Positions 11,224 to 21,046 of a stretch of DNA of 64,000 nt are shown in pieces. A program made the position numbers and the translations under genes. The stretch's first letter is position 1. Each line of letters opens with the position of its first letter. Source of the stretch: an uncultured delta proteobacterium (GTDB taxonomy: Bacteria; Myxococcota; Myxococcia; Myxococcales; Myxococcaceae); assembly GCA_963771175.1 (NCBI GenBank), contig CAVYSY010000026.1:160001-224000 (forward strand). The letters run 5' to 3'. Under the pieces are notes generated by a model that searched no databases, was not told where the DNA came from, and saw nothing but the letters and a program-made list of their open reading frames with translations.

Positions 11224-13584
11224 GTGAGCACGTCGCGCCTCCATGCACTGGTGCTCGCGGCGGCCACCCTGGCGGCCTCCGGGCCCGCGCGAGCCGAGGA
11301 GAAGCCATCCCGCCCGTCCTCGCGCGAGCTGTCCGCGCGGCTGGACCAGGTGTCCGGACAGCTCAACGCGGCCGAGGAGAACCTCCGCTTCGTCGAGACG
11401 CAGTACATCGAGCGCCCCGAGCCCGGCGACGAGGAGGGCCTGCTACGGCGCTACTCCGACGGGGAGATTCAGTACCTGCTGGGCGATTGGGCCAACGCGT
11501 CGGTGCTCTTCTACGACCTGGTGAGCGACCCGAAGTTCCGCTCCCACGCGCGCTACCCGGACGCGCTCTTCTACCTGTCGGACTCGCTCTACCAGCAGCA
11601 GAACCACGTCGGCGCGCGGCTGTACCTGCGCGAGCTGCTCTCCCACTCCGACACGCGCCGCTACCGGGACGCGCTGGTGCGCTACCTGGAGATCGCCGGC
11701 CGGCTCAACCAGTTCACGGGACTGGACGAGTACATCGAGCGGGCGCGGCGCCTGTCGGGCGGGCAGATGCCGCCGGAGCTCGAGTACGTCTACGCCAAGT
11801 GGCTCTTCAAGCGGACGGATCTGCCCGACGCGGAGCGGCACGAGCGGGCCCGCGCGGCCTTCAAGCCGCTGGCCGCCACGGAAGGTGGGCGCTTCCAGAA
11901 GCAGAGCGCATACTTCCTCGGCGTGCTCTCCGTGCAGGAGGGCGACTACGCGGGCGCCGTGGAGCGGTTCCGTCCCCTCGCCTCCGACACGTCAACGGAG
12001 CCGGAGCTCAAACGGCTCAAGGAGCTCGCGAGCCTCTCCCTGGGGCGGCTGCTCTACGAGCTGGGGCGCTACGACGAGGCGCTCGACCGCTATACGGAGA
12101 TTCCGCGCGACAGCGACTCCTTCGTGGACTCGCTCTATGAGATTGCCTGGGTCCACGTGAAGAAGGGGGATCCCGAGAAGGCGAAGAACGCCACGGACAT
12201 CCTCCTGCTGGTGGCACCCGAGGCCCCCATCGCCCCCGACGCCCGCATCCTCCAGGGCCACCTGCAGCTCAAGCTGCGGCACTACGACGAGGCCACCGCC
12301 ACGTACGAGGAAGTCATCGGCACGTACAAGCCGGTGCGCGATCAGGTGGACGCGCTGCTGAAGGTGAACAAGGACCCCATCGCGTACTTCGACAACCTGC
12401 TGGCGCGCAACGAGCGCACCCTGGATGTCACCACGCTGCTGCCGCCGATGGCGCTGAAGTTCGCCACCACCCAGGAAGAGGTGGCGCAGGCGGTGGCGAT
12501 GGTGAAGGACATCGACACGAGTCGGCAGAGCGCGGACGAGTCGAAGGTCATCGCCACGCGCATCCTCCAGGCCCTGAACGAGCGAGGCCAGGAGGTCTTC
12601 CCCGAGTTGCAGGAGGGCTACCTGCGGGCGGAGTCGGTGGACAGCGCGCTCGCGCGGACGGAGCAGTGGCTGGTGCAGGTGGAGGCGGACGTGCTGAGGG
12701 AGCGGCTCACCCCCGAGGAGCGCACCGCCCTGGACGAGGTGCGCCGCGAAGCCGAGCCCCTGCGCATGCGCTTCGCCCGGCTGCCCACGAACCAGCAGGA
12801 GATGGATGCGCGGAAGGAGCGGATACAGGACCGGGTGGACGAGCTGGACCGCGATGCCTTCCGGCTGAGCTACGAGCTGCAGAGCATGACGGCCATCACC
12901 ACCGCGGTGCGCAAGTGGGTGGAGGACACGCGCTCGGAGCGCCAGAGCACTCCCGAGGAGGAGAAGGAGTTCTTCACCCAGCTCGGCAACGAGGAGCAGA
13001 CGGTGGTGGCGCTCCAGGCCGAGCTGCAGCAGCTCCGCTCGCGCCTGGCGGACGAGCGCGGCTCCGCCAACGCCTTCGTTTCCGGAGAGGACGTCATCCG
13101 CGCCCAGTACCGCGAGACGCTCCAGCGCGAGCACGCGCTGCTGGCCGCCGCCGAGGGCCGGCTGTCCGGGGACGACGCGGCGCTGGTGGGCCGCACCCAC
13201 GAGGCGCGCCAGCGAGCCGATGCCCTGCGCGCGCGGGTGGAGCTGTCCCGGCAGGTGCTGCGCGCCCAGGTGGAGCAGCGCGGCAAGCTCATCCGGGAGA
13301 AGGTGCTGGTCGAGCAGCAGCTCCTCCAGGGCTACCACCAGGAAGTGGCCGCCGTGGCCGGTGACGCGCGCAACCTGGTGGGCCGCATCGCCTTCGAGAG
13401 CTTCAAGAAGGTGCGCCAGCAGTTCTATGACTTCGTCCTCAAGGCGGACGTGGGACTGGTCGACGTGGCCTTCACCCGCAAGCAGGACAAGACGACGGAG
13501 ATCCAGAAGCTGTCCTCGCAGAAGGACCAGGAGCTGCACTCCCTGGAAGAGGAGTTCAAGGAAGTCCTCGAGGACACCCACTAG
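11224..13584 (+). CDS. Exported TPR/coiled-coil protein (GltC-like paralog)
   Basis: GTG start after GGGAG; signal peptide; TPR motifs (DALFYL, LGRLLYELGRYDEAL); long coiled coil. Confidence 0.8.
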   Translation: MSTSRLHALVLAAATLAASGPARAEEKPSRPSSRELSARLDQVSGQLNAAEENLRFVETQYIERPEPGDEEGLLRRYSDGEIQYLLGDWANASVLFYDLVSDPKFRSHARYPDALFYLSDSLYQQQNHVGARLYLRELLSHSDTRRYRDALVRYLEIAGRLNQFTGLDEYIERARRLSGGQMPPELEYVYAKWLFKRTDLPDAERHERARAAFKPLAATEGGRFQKQSAYFLGVLSVQEGDYAGAVERFRPLASDTSTEPELKRLKELASLSLGRLLYELGRYDEALDRYTEIPRDSDSFVDSLYEIAWVHVKKGDPEKAKNATDILLLVAPEAPIAPDARILQGHLQLKLRHYDEATATYEEVIGTYKPVRDQVDALLKVNKDPIAYFDNLLARNERTLDVTTLLPPMALKFATTQEEVAQAVAMVKDIDTSRQSADESKVIATRILQALNERGQEVFPELQEGYLRAESVDSALARTEQWLVQVEADVLRERLTPEERTALDEVRREAEPLRMRFARLPTNQQEMDARKERIQDRVDELDRDAFRLSYELQSMTAITTAVRKWVEDTRSERQSTPEEEKEFFTQLGNEEQTVVALQAELQQLRSRLADERGSANAFVSGEDVIRAQYRETLQREHALLAAAEGRLSGDDAALVGRTHEARQRADALRARVELSRQVLRAQVEQRGKLIREKVLVEQQLLQGYHQEVAAVAGDARNLVGRIAFESFKKVRQQFYDFVLKADVGLVDVAFTRKQDKTTEIQKLSSQKDQELHSLEEEFKEVLEDTH

Positions 13585-16500
13585 ATGCGCCGCCCCCTCC
13601 TGCTCACCCTCCTGACGCTGGCCACCACGCGCGCCGCCGCGCAGGACGCGGCACGTCCGGAGTCGGTGGCCGAGGCCCCGGTACAGCAGGCGCGCTCGCG
13701 CTTCGCGGGCCTGGGTCGCACGCCCGAGCAGGAGAAGCTGCTGGAGGAGCTGAGCGAGGCCGTCCAGCGCTACGAGGAGGAGTCGCGCGAGTACAAGCGC
13801 TCGGTGCAGCGCCTCATCGAGAAGAAGTACCAGGAGCGGCGCGAGCGGCTGTCGGAGTCGTACGAGAAGGCCATCTCCACCCTGGAGGCCCAGGAGCGCC
13901 AGGAACGCCAGGACGCCATCGCGCGTTTCGAGGAGTTCCTCCGGCGCTACCCCGACGAGCCGCGCTACTCGCCGGACGTGATGTTCCGCCTGGCGGAGCT
14001 GTACTACGAGCGCTCCAGCGATGCGCACCTGGAGGCCATGCGCGGGTTCGAGGAGAAGCTGCGCACCCTCCCCGAGAGCGCCGAGCCCCCTCCCGAGCCA
14101 CAGCCGGACTTCAACCCGTCCATCGCGCTCTACCGGAAGCTCCTCGAGCGCTTCCCGGAGTACCGGCTCAACGACGGCGCGTACTACCTGCTCGGCTACT
14201 GCCTGGAGAAGCAGAACGCCTTCGAGGAGAGCCGCGCCACCTACCAGCGGCTCATCGCGCGCTACCCCACCAGCCGCTTCACCACCGAGGCGTGGGTCCG
14301 TATCGGCGAGTACTACTTCGACGCCTACGACGAGCCGGATGCGCTCGCCAAGGCGGCCGAGGCCTACGAGGCGGCCGTGCGCGACACCTCGCACCCGCTC
14401 TACGACAAGGCGCTCTACAAGCTGGGTTGGACGTACTACCGCATGGACCGCTACGACGAGGCGGTCGCTCGCTTCGTCGCGCTGATGGACGTCTACGAGG
14501 CCCAGCGCGTCGCCAGGGGCGACGAGGCCGGCGGCGGCGACCTGCGCACGGAAGCACTCCAGTACACGGCCATCTCCTTCACCGACGAGACGTGGGGCGG
14601 CCTCGACAAGGTCCAGGCATTCTTCGCGAGGATCGGCCCCCGTCCCTACGAGGCCGAGGTGTACCGGCGCGTGGGTGACGTCTTCTTCGACCAGACCCAG
14701 CACGAGGCGGCCATCGCGGCCTACCGGCTGGTGCTGCGGAAGGACCCGCTCGCCCCGGACGCGCCCCAGATTCAACAGAAGATCGTCCAGGCGTACGAGC
14801 GTGACCGCAAGCTGACGGAGTCCTCCTCCGAGTCCCAGAAGCTCTCCGAGCTCTACTCGCCCGGCTCCCAGTGGTACCAGCAGCACCAGAACGATCCGGA
14901 CGCGCTCGCCACCGCCAACGACCTGACCGAGAAGAGCCTCTACTCCAGCGCCATCTACCACCACCAGCAGGCGCTCGTGTTCAAGCAGGAGGGCCGGTTC
15001 GACCAGGCCAAATCGAGCTTCGAGCTGGCCGCCACCTCCTACGGCAAGTACCTGGAGCGCTTCCCGCGCAGCAAGAACGCCTACGAGATGGAGTTCTATT
15101 ACGCGGAGTGCCTCTACAACTCGCTGCAGTTCGGCGCGGCGGCGAAGCACTACGAGGTGGTGCGCGACTCGACCCTGGGCGACAAGTACTTCGCCGAGTC
15201 GGCCTTCAGCGCGGTGCTCGCCTGGCAGAAGCAGCTCGAGGCGGAGCTCAAGGCGGGCACCCTCCCCCCGCGCTCCCCGCTGCGCTCCACCGAGCGCCCC
15301 GAGGGCCAGAAGGTCCAGCCCTCCCCGCTCTCCGAGCTGGAGACGAAGCTGGTGGCCGCCTCGGACCTCCACGTGGCGAAGTTCCCGAAGAGCGAGCGCT
15401 CGCCCGGCATCGCCTACAAGGCGGCGGAGCTGTACTACGCCCACGACGACTTCCCCGAGGCCCGCAAGCGCTTCGAGGCCATCGTGAAGGCGTACCCCCA
15501 GAACGAGGTGGCCCGCTTCTCCACCAACCTCATCGTCGAGACCTTCCTCATCGACCAGGACTGGAAGAGCGTCGAGGACGTCAGCGGCACCCTCGCCGCC
15601 AACAAGGAGGTCATCGACCCCAACAGCGACCTCCACAAGGACCTGGTCCGCTTCAAGCTCGCCGGCCGCTTCAAGCTCGCCGACCAGCTCCTCGCCGAGG
15701 GCAAGTACGACGAGGCCGCCACCAAGTACATCGAGCTCGTCAACGAGGCTCCTCGCCACGAGTTCGCCGACAAGGCCCTCAACAACGCCGCCGTCGCCTA
15801 CGAGAAGACGCGCCGCTTCGACTCGGCCCTCAAGCTCTACGAGCGCATCTACCGCGAGTACCCCTCCTCGCCCCTGGCCGACGGAGCCCTCTTCCGCGTG
15901 GCCGTCAACGCGGAGAACTCGTACGACTTCGACCGGGCGGTGGTGAGCTACCAGAAGCTCGTGAAGGACTACCCCGCCTCGAAGGACCGCGAGGCCGCCC
16001 TCTTCAACGCCGCGCGCCTGCTCGAGGGCCAGCAGCGCTACGCCGAGGCCGCCTCCGCCTTCCAGCGCTACGCCGACCTCTTCCCCAACGCCGAGGACGC
16101 GCCGCGCAACCAGTTCCGCGCCGCCCTCATCCTCGAGAAGCGCGAGGACTGGAAGGGGGAGATCCGCGCCCTGGAGGCCTTCGTCCGCAAGTTCGCCGCC
16201 CAGCCCGCCCAGGCGGAACTGGTGGTGGACGCCAAGCGCCGCATCGGCGACGCGTGGCGGAAGCTCGGCAACGAGCGCTCCGCGCTCCAGTCCTACGAGG
16301 CCTCCGCCAGCGAGTTCGACCGCCGCAAGCTCCAGCCGGACACCCAGCCGATCGCCGCGGACGCCGCCGCCTACAGCCGCTTCCAGCTCGCCGAGGTCGA
16401 GTTCCGCAAGTTCGACAAGCTGAAGATTGGCGGCAAGGGCAAGGCGCTGGAGCGCAGCTTCACCACCAAGCGCTCCGCGGTGAAGTCCGTCAACGACGCC

Positions 16501-16884
16501 TATGCCCGCGTCTTTACCTACAAGCGGCTGGAGTGGACGCTGGCCGCGCTCTACCGCCGCGGCCATGCCCTGGAGCGCTTCGCCAACACCATCATCGAAA
16601 CCCCCATCCCCCCGGATGTGAAGCGGCTCGGTGAGGAGGGGATCGTGGCCTACCAGGACCTGCTCGCCCAGCAGACCGCGACGCTCGAGGACGCGGCCGT
16701 GGAGAGCTACGCCGCCACCCTCCAGGAGGCGCGCAAGAACCACATCACCAACGAGTGGACCCGCCGCACGCTCGAGTCGCTCCACCGCTTCCGGCCCAAG
16801 GAGTACCCGGTGCTCAAGGAGCCGAAGGACGCCATCGCCTCGGACCAGCTCTACCCCGAGGGCATCCTGGGAGATGGGACATGA
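13585..16884 (+). CDS. Large periplasmic TPR protein (GltD/AgmU-like paralog)
   Basis: 1099 aa; signal peptide; many BamD-like TPR repeats; abuts the previous stop. Confidence 0.8.
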   Translation: MRRPLLLTLLTLATTRAAAQDAARPESVAEAPVQQARSRFAGLGRTPEQEKLLEELSEAVQRYEEESREYKRSVQRLIEKKYQERRERLSESYEKAISTLEAQERQERQDAIARFEEFLRRYPDEPRYSPDVMFRLAELYYERSSDAHLEAMRGFEEKLRTLPESAEPPPEPQPDFNPSIALYRKLLERFPEYRLNDGAYYLLGYCLEKQNAFEESRATYQRLIARYPTSRFTTEAWVRIGEYYFDAYDEPDALAKAAEAYEAAVRDTSHPLYDKALYKLGWTYYRMDRYDEAVARFVALMDVYEAQRVARGDEAGGGDLRTEALQYTAISFTDETWGGLDKVQAFFARIGPRPYEAEVYRRVGDVFFDQTQHEAAIAAYRLVLRKDPLAPDAPQIQQKIVQAYERDRKLTESSSESQKLSELYSPGSQWYQQHQNDPDALATANDLTEKSLYSSAIYHHQQALVFKQEGRFDQAKSSFELAATSYGKYLERFPRSKNAYEMEFYYAECLYNSLQFGAAAKHYEVVRDSTLGDKYFAESAFSAVLAWQKQLEAELKAGTLPPRSPLRSTERPEGQKVQPSPLSELETKLVAASDLHVAKFPKSERSPGIAYKAAELYYAHDDFPEARKRFEAIVKAYPQNEVARFSTNLIVETFLIDQDWKSVEDVSGTLAANKEVIDPNSDLHKDLVRFKLAGRFKLADQLLAEGKYDEAATKYIELVNEAPRHEFADKALNNAAVAYEKTRRFDSALKLYERIYREYPSSPLADGALFRVAVNAENSYDFDRAVVSYQKLVKDYPASKDREAALFNAARLLEGQQRYAEAASAFQRYADLFPNAEDAPRNQFRAALILEKREDWKGEIRALEAFVRKFAAQPAQAELVVDAKRRIGDAWRKLGNERSALQSYEASASEFDRRKLQPDTQPIAADAAAYSRFQLAEVEFRKFDKLKIGGKGKALERSFTTKRSAVKSVNDAYARVFTYKRLEWTLAALYRRGHALERFANTIIETPIPPDVKRLGEEGIVAYQDLLAQQTATLEDAAVESYAATLQEARKNHITNEWTRRTLESLHRFRPKEYPVLKEPKDAIASDQLYPEGILGDGT

Positions 16885-18131
16885 GCCCGCGCCGACTGCT
16901 CGCCCCGGGCCTCCTGCTGCTCGCCTCGGCCTGCGCCACCACGCCCAAGGCGGGCCCGGAGACCCCAACCCCCACCGCCGCCGCCATCTCCTCCGCCACT
17001 CCGAGCGGTGACGCCGGGAAGGCCGCCGACCCGCAGCAACAGGCCACCAAGGCCGCCGAGAAGACCACCGCAGCCCCGAGCGGGAAGGACGACACCGAGT
17101 GGACGAACCTCGGCATCGCCCAGGAGCGCCTCGGCAAGAATGACGAGGCCGAGCGCGCCTACCGCCAGGCCCTGGAGCTGAAGCCCGAGCAGCAGGCCGC
17201 CTGGGACAACCTCACCCGCCTCCAGTGCCGCACCGGCCGCGCCGCCCAGGCCGAGGCCCAACTTCGCGAGCGGCTCCAGGCCAACGCCGAGGCCCTCGCC
17301 CCACGCACCGCGCTCGTGCTGGCGCTGCTGTGCCAGAAGAAGTTCGACGCGGCCGCCATCGAGGCCAAGCGCGTCCTCAAGGCGGACGAGCGCAACGTGC
17401 GGGCCATGCAGCTCCTCGCCCAGGTGTACTACCGCGAGCGCAAGTTCGAGCTGGCCAAGATGGTGCTGGAGAACGCCCGCGCCATCGCCCCCAACGAGCC
17501 CGCCACGCACAACGCCCTGGGGCTGGTGCAGCTCGCGCTCGGGACGAAGCCCGCCGCCCTGGAGTCCTTCAAGAAGGCCTCGGAGCTGAAGCCGGACTTC
17601 GCCGAGGCACGCAACAACTTCGGTGCCCTGCTCAACGAGGCCCAGGACTACCCCGCCGCCCTCCGCGAGCTGGAGGCCGCCGTGCAAGCCGCTCCGGACT
17701 TCGTCTCCGCCCGGCTCAACCTCGGCAACGCCTACCGCGGCCAGGGGGACTTCGCCCGCGCCCTCAACGAGTACCAGCAGGTGCTGCGCCTCGCCCCAAG
17801 CCTGCCGGACACCTACTTCAACCTCGCCATCCTCCACCTCGACGCCGAGCCCCAGGACCTGGACACCCTCGTCCGGCTCCAGTCCTCCCTCTCCTTCTTC
17901 GAGCAGTACCGCTCCAAGGGTGGCCGCGACGAGCGCGTGGACGACTACGTCAAGGACGCCAAAAAGGGCATCGAGAAGGAGGAGCGGCGGCGCGAGCGCG
18001 AGAAGCGGGAGCAGCTCCGCAAGTCCCAGAAGGCCGAGGAGGAGCAGAATCCTACATCTGCCTCCAAGGAAGGCGCGCCCCCTGCCCGCCCGGTCTCCGG
18101 CTCGGATAAAGTCGCCTCGGACAAGAAGTGA
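16881..18131 (+). CDS. TPR lipoprotein (GltE/AglT-like paralog)
   Basis: ATGA overlap; lipobox LASAC; TPRs; position after the GltD-like gene. Confidence 0.8.
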   Translation: MSPRRLLAPGLLLLASACATTPKAGPETPTPTAAAISSATPSGDAGKAADPQQQATKAAEKTTAAPSGKDDTEWTNLGIAQERLGKNDEAERAYRQALELKPEQQAAWDNLTRLQCRTGRAAQAEAQLRERLQANAEALAPRTALVLALLCQKKFDAAAIEAKRVLKADERNVRAMQLLAQVYYRERKFELAKMVLENARAIAPNEPATHNALGLVQLALGTKPAALESFKKASELKPDFAEARNNFGALLNEAQDYPAALRELEAAVQAAPDFVSARLNLGNAYRGQGDFARALNEYQQVLRLAPSLPDTYFNLAILHLDAEPQDLDTLVRLQSSLSFFEQYRSKGGRDERVDDYVKDAKKGIEKEERRREREKREQLRKSQKAEEEQNPTSASKEGAPPARPVSGSDKVASDKK

Positions 18132-18421
18132 GCCTGCCCATGCGCCCTGCCCTCGCCCTCGCCCTCGTGCTCCTGCTCGCCGCCGCGCCCGTGCTCGCGG
18201 AGGATGGCGCCACGTCCTCCACCCCGGCCACGGCCAAGGACAAGGAGCCCGCCAAGAAGAAGAAGGTCATCCGCCTGGATGCCATCACCGTCGAGGGGCG
18301 CATCCAGAAGCCGCAGGCCTTCTACATCCTCCAGCGCTCCAACCTGGACTTCGACGAAATCAACAAGGCCGAGAGCTTCGTGCCCAAGGTCGTCAAGAGC
18401 GTGGAGAAGGAACCTTTCTAG
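18128..18421 (+). CDS. Small exported protein (GltF-like)
   Basis: Signal peptide; IRLDAITVEGRIQKPQAFYIL and SFVPKVVKSV motifs. Confidence 0.7.
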   Translation: MSLPMRPALALALVLLLAAAPVLAEDGATSSTPATAKDKEPAKKKKVIRLDAITVEGRIQKPQAFYILQRSNLDFDEINKAESFVPKVVKSVEKEPF

Positions 18422-18447
18422 AGTAGGAAGGGTCCTAGAGACGAGAC

Positions 18448-19809
18448 ATGGCTTCCACCCAGCAGAGCCGAATCCTCCGCGTCGGCCTCCTCCACCAGGA
18501 CGGACGCATCATCGAGGAGCGCCACCTGCGCCGGCCCGGGGATTTCACCGTCGGCCGCGACGCGAAGAGCACCCTCGTGCTGCCGCTGTCGGAGGACATG
18601 CCGGCCAGCTTCACCGTCTTCGAGTACCGGGCCAACCAGTACAACCTCGTCTTCAACGAGGGCATGAAGGGCCGCGTCCACCTCGGCTCCTCGGACGTGG
18701 ATTTCGACGCCCTGCGCGCCGATGGCATGGCCATGCAGCGCGGCGACCAGTATGTGCTGCCCCTGCAGGAGAGCGCCCGCGGGCTGGTGGAGCTCGACGA
18801 CGACCTGCGCCTGTTCTTCCAGTTCGTCCCCCTCCCGCCCAAGTCCGAGAAGCCGCGGCTCCCGCCGGACCTCCAGGGCGGCCTGTGGCGGACCATGGAT
18901 CGGGTCTTCTTCGGCATCCTGGCCGCCTCGCTGCTGCTCCACTTCTCCGGCGCGGCGCTCATCATCGCCTCCGATCCTCCGCCCGAGCCCGAGCTGTCCC
19001 TCGACGAGCTGCCGGACCGCTTCGCCCGGGTGCTCATGCCCCCGAAGCCCGAGGAGCCCAAGCCGCAGGCCGCCGAGAAGGCCCAGGCCGCCGCGGCCAC
19101 CGAGGAGAAGCCCAAGTCGAATGACGCGGAGGACAAGCCCGCCGAGGCCACCAAGCCCGCCAACGCCCAGGAGGCGGCCGCCCGGCGCGCCGAGGTGGTG
19201 AAGAAGGTGGAGGGCAAGGGACTCCTGAAGATCCTCGGCTCCTCGGGCAGCGGCGGCGGGGGCGCGTTCGCGGACGTGCTCGGCGGCAGCACCGGGGGCG
19301 GGGAGATCGCGGCGGCGCTGGCCGGCGCGGGCGGCGTGGGCATCGCCACCGAGGCCTCGGTGGGCGCCAACGGCCCGCGAGGCGGCGGCACCGGCAAGGT
19401 GGCCGGCATCGGCGAGCTGGGCACCAGCGGCGCCGGCAAGGTGGACCTGGGCTCCTCCAAGAAGGAGGTCGAGGTCTCCGGTCGCGTCACCAGCTCCACC
19501 CCCGAGGTGGAGAGCTCGGACGTGGACCGCGAGGCGCTCGCCCGCTACGTCAAGGCGCGCCTCAAGGCCATCCAGAACTGCTACGAGAAGGAGCTCAAGC
19601 GCAACCCGAGCCTCAAGGGCAAGGTGATGGTGCGCTTCAACATCCTGCCCTCCGGTCGCACCGGAGACATCGAAATCGAGGAAAACACCCTGGGCAACGA
19701 CGCGGTGGGGAGCTGCATCCGCACCGTCATCCGGAGCTGGGTGTTTCCCTTCAAACCAGACGACGAAGTCCCGGTGGCATACCCGTTCGTGTTCTCGCCA
19801 GCGGGGTAG
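18448..19809 (+). CDS. GltG/PglI-like protein (FHA-like N-terminus, TM, linker, TonB-C/AgmX C-terminal domain)
   Basis: TM FFGILAASLLLHF; Gly/Pro-rich linker; CYEKELKRNPSLKGKVMVRFNI...CI...W(V)FP. Confidence 0.85.
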   Translation: MASTQQSRILRVGLLHQDGRIIEERHLRRPGDFTVGRDAKSTLVLPLSEDMPASFTVFEYRANQYNLVFNEGMKGRVHLGSSDVDFDALRADGMAMQRGDQYVLPLQESARGLVELDDDLRLFFQFVPLPPKSEKPRLPPDLQGGLWRTMDRVFFGILAASLLLHFSGAALIIASDPPPEPELSLDELPDRFARVLMPPKPEEPKPQAAEKAQAAAATEEKPKSNDAEDKPAEATKPANAQEAAARRAEVVKKVEGKGLLKILGSSGSGGGGAFADVLGGSTGGGEIAAALAGAGGVGIATEASVGANGPRGGGTGKVAGIGELGTSGAGKVDLGSSKKEVEVSGRVTSSTPEVESSDVDREALARYVKARLKAIQNCYEKELKRNPSLKGKVMVRFNILPSGRTGDIEIEENTLGNDAVGSCIRTVIRSWVFPFKPDDEVPVAYPFVFSPAG

Positions 19810-19846
19810 AATCGGGCCAGCAATCCGCATCCCGGGGGTCGGGGAC

Positions 19847-20296
19847 ATGGAGAAGCTGGCCGTCATTTCGTCGTCACCGCTGTTCGAGATGCTCTCCAGC
19901 ACGGAGCTGGCGCACCTGGCCGAGCTGGCCGAGCAGCGGCGTCATCCCTCCGGGGATGTCGTCTTCGAGGAGGGAGAGCTGGGCGACAGTCTCTACGTCA
20001 TCGTCCGCGGGGAGGTGGAGGTGACGCGGCGCGACGGAGGCGGCGTGCCCCGGGCCCTCACGGTGCTCACCGCCCCGGACTTCTTCGGGGAGATGAGCCT
20101 CATCGACAAGGAGTACCGCTCCGCCACGGTGCGGGCGCGCTCGGAGACGGTGCTGCTGCGGCTCACCACCCAACACCTGGCCACCTTCCGCCAGGCGCAC
20201 CGCGACGGCTTCACCTTCGTCGTCATCAACATCGCGCGCATCCTCTCGGCGCGGGTGCGCGAGGCCAATGCCCGGCTCGCGGCCAGGCAGGCCTGA
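19847..20296 (+). CDS. Stand-alone cyclic nucleotide-binding domain protein
   Basis: FEEGELGDSLYVIVRGEV, FFGEMSLID..RSATVRA; no HTH. Confidence 0.9.
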   Translation: MEKLAVISSSPLFEMLSSTELAHLAELAEQRRHPSGDVVFEEGELGDSLYVIVRGEVEVTRRDGGGVPRALTVLTAPDFFGEMSLIDKEYRSATVRARSETVLLRLTTQHLATFRQAHRDGFTFVVINIARILSARVREANARLAARQA

Positions 20297-20308
20297 GCAC
20301 CCCCCACG

Positions 20309-20337
20309 TTGACACCCCCTCCCCTCCTCTCTAGCGT
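20309..20337 (+). promoter_or_regulatory. Sigma70-type promoter
   Basis: TTGACA (20309-14), N17, TAGCGT (20332-37); ATG 7 nt downstream at 20345. Confidence 0.7.
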
Positions 20338-20344
20338 CCAGGCC

Positions 20345-20926
20345 ATGCGCCTCGGCCCCCGAGCACAACACATGCGCTACATCGGAATGCTGGCGGTGCT
20401 ACTCACGAGCGGACTCGCCCTGGCCCAGCCTGCCCCGCGTCCAGCCCCCATCGCCTCGCCCTTCCTGGAGAAGGCCAGCGACGTGCCGGACGCGCAGAAG
20501 CTCGAGCGCGGCACCAAGGCCCTCGCCTCCATGCGCGAGGTGCTCCGGGACGTGCTGGGCAAGCTGGAGGAGGCCCGGCGCGCCAAGGACGTGGTGAAGC
20601 TCAACTGCGTCAACGAGAAGCTCACTCAAATCAAGGGCTTGCTGCGCATCTCCGAGCAGGCGGACATCGCGCTCCAGGAGGCCGTGGCCCGCCGCGAGTC
20701 CACCTCCAGCGAGCACGAGTACACCAAGCTGGTGATCGCCCAACAGAAGGTGTCCCAGCTTCGCAGCGAGGCCGAGGCCTGCATCGGGCAGCTCGCCTTC
20801 CGCACGGACGAGAACCTTTCGGTGGAGGTGGAGGAGCCCAAGAACCTTCCCGGTGGGGACCCCACCCAGCCCCAGCCCGTCGAGACCATCACCATCCGCC
20901 CCCCTCCTTCCAGCGCCGTCCGGTGA
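20345..20926 (+). CDS. Exported helical protein with paired Cys, upstream of the export genes
   Basis: Signal peptide (alternative start 20372); KLNCVNEK...EACIGQ; high GC3. Confidence 0.8.
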   Translation: MRLGPRAQHMRYIGMLAVLLTSGLALAQPAPRPAPIASPFLEKASDVPDAQKLERGTKALASMREVLRDVLGKLEEARRAKDVVKLNCVNEKLTQIKGLLRISEQADIALQEAVARRESTSSEHEYTKLVIAQQKVSQLRSEAEACIGQLAFRTDENLSVEVEEPKNLPGGDPTQPQPVETITIRPPPSSAVR

Positions 20927-21046
20927 CGCCTCCCAGACACCTCACCTGTCTTACAAGCGACCCCTGTAGCCGCCAGTCCAGGGAAGTCTTTCGAGCACAC
21001 CCGATGTGCGTGGTATGAGCCCAGGGCTGGGGTCCTCAACCGATTC

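Noticed and set aside
11992..16968. 1658-aa minus-strand ORF and similar long antisense ORFs (631-2388, 9648-11408, 5698-7635)
   Set aside because: Shadow ORFs caused by high GC3 on the opposite strand of clear genes; no motifs.
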